Shown: positions 27,275 through 32,000 of the stretch, piece after piece
Layout: every line of letters begins with the position of its first letter
Numbering within the stretch: the first letter of the stretch is position 1
Assembly: GCA_942493095.1 (NCBI GenBank)
Contig: OW818675.1
Coordinates: 2,610,001-2,642,000, forward strand
Direction of reading: 5' to 3'
Source: Candidatus Electronema halotolerans
GTDB lineage: Bacteria; Desulfobacterota; Desulfobulbia; Desulfobulbales; Desulfobulbaceae
Length of the DNA stretch: 32,000 nt
The notes under the pieces: model-generated
What the model saw: the letters and a program-made list of their open reading frames with translations, nothing else
Told to the model about the DNA's origin: nothing
Database searches by the model: none
Program-made: the position numbers and the translations under genes

Positions 27275-27507
27275 AACGACCGTCCTTTTCTGAGCTTCCG
27301 AACGTATTCCTCAACATCATTCATATCTTCGCGGTTTTTCCACATCCCGCAGAATTCATTCTGTTTATCCTTTGTTGCCTGTTCGTCAAGAGGAACAATT
27401 TTCGCATACGGCTTTCCGTGAAAGGTAATAACAACCTCCTCGCCCCTCCTTGCCGCATCAAGGATTTTTTTTGTATGAAATCGCAAATCTTTGCTGGTTG
27501 CCTGCAT
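27271..27507 (-). CDS. Phd/YefM-family antitoxin
   Basis: 78 aa; LRFHTKKILDAARRGEEVVITFHGKPYAKIVPL; overlaps the toxin gene by 4 nt. Confidence 0.88.
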   Translation of the reverse strand: MQATSKDLRFHTKKILDAARRGEEVVITFHGKPYAKIVPLDEQATKDKQNEFCGMWKNREDMNDVEEYVRKLRKGRSF

Positions 27508-27531
27508 AACGCCTTCCTCCTTAGCGTTAAG

Positions 27532-27553
27532 GTTTATATTTTAATATATAAAC
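27532..27553. promoter_or_regulatory. Candidate operator/promoter of the toxin-antitoxin pair
   Basis: GTTTATAT(27532-27539)...ATATAAAC(27546-27553) inverted repeat, 25 bp upstream of the antitoxin start. Confidence 0.5.
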
Positions 27554-27610
27554 TATCCAAGCAAGACTGTCAAGCTGTAGCGGGTTGGAAAATGAAGTCC
27601 GGTGATGCGC

Positions 27611-27640
27611 AAAAAAAGGCGGAGCCTCTTCGGCCCCGCC
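27611..27640 (-). terminator. Intrinsic terminator of the nif operon
   Basis: Reverse strand GGCGGGGCC-GAAGA-GGCTCCGCC followed by TTTTTTT, just after nifK. Confidence 0.85.
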
Positions 27641-27669
27641 CTTATCTCCTCTTTCCTTCTGCCTATTTT

Positions 27670-29043
27670 TTACAGCACCAGCTCGAACTTGGTTTCTGGA
27701 TCATCCCGATCCTTCCGATCTAACAACGCAGTCAGGATTTTCTCCAGCAGGCGCAGGCCGCCTTTGTAGCCCACGGTCGGGAAGTACTGATGCCCCTGCC
27801 GGTCAAGAATCGGGAAGCCCCAGCGGACGAACGGCACGTCCTCGTCGCGGGCAATGTACTTGCCGTAGGTGTTGCTGATCAGCAGGTCAACCGGCTCGTT
27901 CTTCATCCACTGATGGACGAGGAAAAAGTCGCCTTTGGCTTTCACCTTGACCTCGAACGGCATGTCCGCCGTGATTTCCTTGATCCGCTTCTCAAACTTC
28001 TTGCCCGGCGTGCCGGTGACAACATAGACCGGGCACATGTCAATCGAGACCAGAAACTCAGTCATGGCGATGAGCTGATCCGGGTCGCCGACTATCGCCA
28101 CCTTTTTATGATAGAAATACTGGTGCATGTCCGAGATCAGGTCAACGAGCTGGCCGCGCTCGACCATGATCTCATCCGGCACGTTCACGCCAGCCACATT
28201 GCGCAGGGCATCAATAAAGCGGTCTGTGGCCTTGAGGCCAAAGGGCATGTCTAAAACCGAGCAGGGCACCTTGTGCAGCTTGTCCAACTCGCGGGCCGCA
28301 TCGCCGGAACACCACTCGCCCAGAGCGATGGTGCCGATGGAGTCACCAGTTGACTTCAGCTCGGCAATGGTGGTGCCGCCGTCCGGGAACATCTTGTACT
28401 CGCCGGTGAGCGGGCTGTTGAGCACGCCGGAAGTGTCCGGGAACATGATGGTCTTCACGCCCATCAGCCCAGCCATCCGCTTCAGTTCCTCCATGTCGCA
28501 CGGCTCAACCCAGCCTGGGATCAGGTTGACCTTGCCGTTCTTCTTGCCGGTCGGCTCGGCCAGCATGGTCATACCCTTGACCATATTGGAAAAACCTGTG
28601 ACGTGCGAGCCGACATAGCTGGGCGTGGAAGCGTAGATCACCTCTTTGCCTTCCGGGATTTTGCCCTCAGCAATCGCCTTCTTGCGAATCTGCGGCAGGT
28701 CGTCGCCGATGGTCTCAGACAGGCAGGTGGTGTGAACGGCGATGATCTCGGGGTTGTACACCGCAAAGATGTTGGTGAAAGCCTGCATCAGGTTAGCCTG
28801 GCCGCCAAAGACCGACGCGCCCTCAGTGAAGGAGCTGGTCGCGGCGGAGATCGGCTCCTTGTAGTGCCGGGTCAGAGTGGAGCGGTGATAGGCGCAGCAG
28901 CCCTGCGAGCCGTGACTGTGCGGCAGGCAGCCGTGGATGCCCAAGGCGGCGTACATTGCGCCGATGGGCTGGCAGGTCTTGGCCGGATTGACGGTCAGGG
29001 CCTTGCGCTCGCTGATTTCTTTTGGTGTATGTCGTAAGAGCAT
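27670..29043 (-). CDS. nifK: Nitrogenase molybdenum-iron protein beta subunit
   Basis: LTVNPAKTCQPIGAMYAALGIHGCLPHSHGSQGCCAYHR. ORF to 29187; Met at 29043 has GAGG 7 nt upstream. Confidence 0.95.
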   Translation of the reverse strand: MLLRHTPKEISERKALTVNPAKTCQPIGAMYAALGIHGCLPHSHGSQGCCAYHRSTLTRHYKEPISAATSSFTEGASVFGGQANLMQAFTNIFAVYNPEIIAVHTTCLSETIGDDLPQIRKKAIAEGKIPEGKEVIYASTPSYVGSHVTGFSNMVKGMTMLAEPTGKKNGKVNLIPGWVEPCDMEELKRMAGLMGVKTIMFPDTSGVLNSPLTGEYKMFPDGGTTIAELKSTGDSIGTIALGEWCSGDAARELDKLHKVPCSVLDMPFGLKATDRFIDALRNVAGVNVPDEIMVERGQLVDLISDMHQYFYHKKVAIVGDPDQLIAMTEFLVSIDMCPVYVVTGTPGKKFEKRIKEITADMPFEVKVKAKGDFFLVHQWMKNEPVDLLISNTYGKYIARDEDVPFVRWGFPILDRQGHQYFPTVGYKGGLRLLEKILTALLDRKDRDDPETKFELVL

Positions 29044-29138
29044 GGTCATGCCTCGTAATAATTCGTTGTCGCGTCGGGGGGCCTTGAACCGCCCCTGCCG
29101 CATCATTTCCCGTCGCAGGAGAGCAGTTTTATCATGAC

Positions 29139-29289
29139 CACCAGAGTGATCGTTTTGCGGACAGGAGAGTGCTTGATGTACGATCACTCTCCTGTCTGTT
29201 GTGCAACCACTCTGGTGATCGTTTTACAACCACTCTCCTGCTCGTTGCCCGGCCACTCCGGTGGTTGGTTTATAAGCAGGAGAGTGGTT
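29139..29289. repeat. Nested inverted repeats in the nifD-nifK spacer
   Basis: CACCAGAGTG 29139-29148 / CACTCTGGTG 29208-29217; ACAGGAGAGTG 29161-29171 / CACTCTCCTGT 29185-29195; AACCACTCTCCTGC 29228-29241 / GCAGGAGAGTGGTT 29276-29289. Confidence 0.85.
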
Positions 29290-29293
29290 CGTG

Positions 29294-29323
29294 CGTAGGG
29301 GCGATTCATGAATCGCCCCTACG
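29294..29323. repeat. Palindromic repeat element, copy 2
   Basis: CGTAGGGGCGATTCATGAATCGCCCCTACG perfect 30-bp palindrome. Confidence 0.9.
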
Positions 29324-29334
29324 GTTGCCGCATC

Positions 29335-30975
29335 TTATTCCCAAACGTAGGAAGCAGAAAGCTGCGGATTCTCCTGCCACGGGGCCTTCATGTAGGACCA
29401 GACCTTGCTGTTGACCAGTCGGTCGATCTCCTTGTAGAAGTTGACCGCGCCTTTGAAGCCCGCATACGGCCCGCCGGAGTCATAGCTGTGGAGCTGCTTC
29501 ATGGGCACGCCCAGCTTCTGGATCGAGAACTTCTCCTTGATGCCGGCGCAGAAGATGTCCGGCTTCATCAGCTCAACCAGCTTCTCCGCCTCGTACTGAT
29601 TGAGGTCGTCAATGACCAAGGTGCCTGCTTCCATATCCTGGGCCAAACCCTCGTAGTCCTTAAAGGCAAGCCCCTTCTGCTCCAGAGCCTGCATGGCCTC
29701 GGCAGTCTTGCGCGGCTTGTAGCGGGTCGGATCAGCCTCAACCTCGATTTCCTCAATGTTGCGGCTGTCCGCATCCACAGTCAGATTAGGCAGAACCCGG
29801 CGGCCTTCGTAGTCGTCGCGGTGGGCGAACTCATACCCGGCGGAGATCGTCTTCATGCCCATCTCCTTGAACAGCTCCTGATAGTGATGCGCCCGCGAGC
29901 CGCCGACAAACATCATCGCGGTCTTGCCCTCGGTGCGGGGCATGACCTCGGCTGCTGCGGCCTCAACTTCCGGCATTTCCTCGGCAATCACCTGCTCCAC
30001 CCGGTCAATCAGCTCCTTGTCCTCAAAGTAGGCCGCGATCTTGCGCAGGGACTTGGCCGTGGCCGCAGCCCCGATAAAGTTGACCTTGATCCACGGGATG
30101 CCGTACTTGGTCTCCAGCATGTCAGCCACATAGTTGATCGAGCGGTGACACATGACCGCGTTCAGATCAGCCTGATGGGCTGTGGCGAACTGCGTGTAGG
30201 TCGAGTTGCCGGAGAAGGTGGCCACGTTGGTGATGCCGCACTTCTTGAAGATCCGGTCAATCTCAAAGCCGTCGCCGCCGATGTTGTACTCGCCCAGCAG
30301 GTTGATCTTGAACTTGCCCGCAACCGGCTTGTCGTTCTCACCGACAATATGACGGAAGACCTGGTTGTTGGCAATGTGATGCCCGGCGGACTGGGACACG
30401 CCCTTGTAGCCCTCGCAGCTGAAGGCGTACACGTTGCAGTCGCCGAACTTCTCCTTCATCTTCCGCGCCACGGTGTGAATGTCGTCACCGATCAGGCCGA
30501 CCGGACAGGTGGCGAAGATGGCAATGGACTTGGGATGAAAGAGGTCATACGCCTCCTGAATCGCTGCGGCCAGCTTCTTCTCCCCGCCGAAGATGATGTC
30601 CTGATCCTGCATGTCGGTCGAGAACGCATAGGTCATGAAGTTCTCGCCGTCCGGCCCTTCCGGCCCCGGATCAGTCTGGTTGCGCCGGGTCAGCCAGGCG
30701 TAGAAGCTGCATCCTATCGGCCCATGCACCAAGTTGACGATGTCGCGGGTCGGCCCCATGATAACGCCTTTGCAGCCCGCGTAGGTGCAGCCCCGCATGG
30801 TGATGATGCCCGGAATGGTGCGCACGTTGGCCGTGATCTCCGGCGTGCCGTTCTCCAGGGCCTCGTTGATCATGATCTGCTTGGCGCGCTTGCGGGCCAC
30901 TTTGGGCGGATACTTGGCCAGCAGTTCGGCCTTGATCTCCGCAGGCTCCATCGGCACCGTTGCTTTCTTTGTCAT
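29335..30975 (-). CDS. nifD: Nitrogenase molybdenum-iron protein alpha subunit, Clostridium/group III-like
   Basis: 546 aa; HGPIGCSFYAWLTRRN, DLNAVMCHRSINYVADMLETKYGIPW, KQLHSYDSGGPYAGFKG. Confidence 0.94.
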   Translation of the reverse strand: MTKKATVPMEPAEIKAELLAKYPPKVARKRAKQIMINEALENGTPEITANVRTIPGIITMRGCTYAGCKGVIMGPTRDIVNLVHGPIGCSFYAWLTRRNQTDPGPEGPDGENFMTYAFSTDMQDQDIIFGGEKKLAAAIQEAYDLFHPKSIAIFATCPVGLIGDDIHTVARKMKEKFGDCNVYAFSCEGYKGVSQSAGHHIANNQVFRHIVGENDKPVAGKFKINLLGEYNIGGDGFEIDRIFKKCGITNVATFSGNSTYTQFATAHQADLNAVMCHRSINYVADMLETKYGIPWIKVNFIGAAATAKSLRKIAAYFEDKELIDRVEQVIAEEMPEVEAAAAEVMPRTEGKTAMMFVGGSRAHHYQELFKEMGMKTISAGYEFAHRDDYEGRRVLPNLTVDADSRNIEEIEVEADPTRYKPRKTAEAMQALEQKGLAFKDYEGLAQDMEAGTLVIDDLNQYEAEKLVELMKPDIFCAGIKEKFSIQKLGVPMKQLHSYDSGGPYAGFKGAVNFYKEIDRLVNSKVWSYMKAPWQENPQLSASYVWE

Positions 30976-31001
30976 ATCGTTTCTCTTCCTCCGTGAATAG
31001 C

Positions 31002-31376
31002 TCAGGCTATAGCCGCCTCGCCTTTTTCCGCTGTGCGCACGCGCACCGCATCCATCACCGGCATGACAAATATCTTGCCGTCGCCCGGCTTGCCGGTCTG
31101 GTTGACTTTGATGATCGCCTGAACCACGTCATCTACTTGGTCATCCTCAACCACCACTGTGACCACGCGCTTGGGATAGAGCTTGCCCTTCTCGCCCAGC
31201 ACTGCCGCCGCTTCCTCGTAGCCTTGATCAACCCCTTCCAAGACCTTGGGATTGGCAAAGCCTTTGCCCCGGCCTTGCGCCTCACGGACAAAGTAGGCGG
31301 CAATACCTGCGTCGCTGAGGGCCTTCTTGGTCTGATTCATCATATTGATGCGCACGACCGCGATGACCTCTTTCAT
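31002..31376 (-). CDS. nifI2: Nitrogen-regulatory PII-like protein NifI2
   Basis: 124 aa; MKEVIAVVRINMMNQTKKALSDAGIAAYFVREAQGRGKGF, between nifI1 and nifD. Confidence 0.92.
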   Translation of the reverse strand: MKEVIAVVRINMMNQTKKALSDAGIAAYFVREAQGRGKGFANPKVLEGVDQGYEEAAAVLGEKGKLYPKRVVTVVVEDDQVDDVVQAIIKVNQTGKPGDGKIFVMPVMDAVRVRTAEKGEAAIA

Positions 31377-31723
31377 GCCGCTGCCTCCTCTGCTGCCGCG
31401 CCTTCCTTCACGCCGGAGCTGACCGTATAGACTTCCTCAACCGCGCTGACAAAGATCTTGCCGTCGCCGAACGCGCCCTTACCAGCGGTGCGGGCCGTGT
31501 CCATGATGGTTTGGATGACAAAATCCTTGTCTTCGTCCCGAACCACCAGCATCAGCATCATCTTGGGAATCTCATCGTAGGTCACATCGCCGATTTTGAT
31601 GCCCCGTTGCTTGCCGCGTCCGGCCACTGCGTATTTGGTGACTGCTGGGAAGCCCGCATCCATAAGAGCGGCCAGCACGTCGTCTGATTTTTCCGGCCTG
31701 ATTATTGCTCTGATCATCAACAT
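31373..31723 (-). CDS. nifI1: Nitrogen-regulatory PII-like protein NifI1
   Basis: MLMIRAIIRPEKSDDVLAALMDAGFPAVTKYAVAGRGKQRGI. Start re-assigned to 31723; 4-nt overlap with nifI2. Confidence 0.92.
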   Translation of the reverse strand: MLMIRAIIRPEKSDDVLAALMDAGFPAVTKYAVAGRGKQRGIKIGDVTYDEIPKMMLMLVVRDEDKDFVIQTIMDTARTAGKGAFGDGKIFVSAVEEVYTVSSGVKEGAAAEEAAA

Positions 31724-31760
31724 GATTTGTTTTCTCCTGAATAATTCATTCAATCCGCAG

Positions 31761-31782
31761 GGGCGGCCCCCTGTGGCCGCCC
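31761..31782. repeat. Diverged relative of the palindromic element
   Basis: GGGCGGCC-CCCTGT-GGCCGCCC, preceded by CAATCCGCAG, matching CAATCCGTAG before copy 3. Confidence 0.6.
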
Positions 31783-31828
31783 TTTTCGGCGCATAGCCTG
31801 CCCCTGCGCCATTTGCATTGCCCAATCC

Positions 31829-31856
31829 GTAGGGGCGAAAAATTTTTCGCCCCTAC
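31829..31856. repeat. Palindromic repeat element, copy 3
   Basis: GTAGGGGCGAAAAATTTTTCGCCCCTAC, identical to copy 1 over 28 bp. Confidence 0.9.
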
Positions 31857-31866
31857 ACCGCCCGCA

Positions 31867-32000
31867 TCAATTCATCAGGCCGTAATCCATGAGCAGCTTC
31901 TCCAGCTCCTCTATCTCCAAGGGAGTCGGGATGACAAACTTTTTGTTGGCATCAATCGCTTGGGCCAAACCCCGGTAGGCATCAGCCTGATCAGCCTCCG
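31867..32000 (-). CDS. nifH: Nitrogenase iron protein, C-terminal part, truncated by window edge
   Basis: Reverse translation [43 protein letters not shown]. Missing from the ORF track. Confidence 0.85.
   Translation of the reverse strand, partial: EADQADAYRGLAQAIDANKKFVIPTPLEIEELEKLLMDYGLMN

Noticed and set aside
29139-29323. Possible CRISPR-like array in the nifD-nifK gap
   Set aside because: Repeats are short, alternate in orientation and are irregularly spaced; no cas genes.
29308-30996. 562-aa + strand ORF covering nifD
   Set aside because: Exact antisense of well-supported nifD; a long open frame expected from high-GC codon bias; no recognisable domain.

Overview
The window looks like a bacterial chromosome segment, probably Desulfobacterota/Desulfobulbales-like by gene content (inference). 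It contains: a truncated secreted-protein gene with an attenuator-like leader; transketolase; an LRR + phospholipase-D-like + winged-helix-like protein set among inverted repeats and a 30-bp palindrome; a YitT-family membrane protein; a tmRNA (tag ADDYNYALAA) directly downstream of smpB; a lytic transglycosylase; a DHH/DHHA1 phosphoesterase; lptD; an 11-gene type II secretion operon in the order G-H-I-J-K-L-M-N-C-D-E with no gspF; yhbY; a complete mlaEFDAC operon; a vapBC-type toxin-antitoxin pair next to a degenerate duplicate of the nifK 3' end; and a nifH(partial)-nifI1-nifI2-nifD-nifK cluster with palindromic elements and nested inverted repeats in its intergenic gaps. I see no clear, wholly new multi-gene system. 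The best leads are the LRR-PLD gene, the repeated GTAGGGGCGA...TCGCCCCTAC palindromes, the structured nifD-nifK spacer, the nifK remnant beside vapBC, and the terminator placed 25 nt before a start codon.
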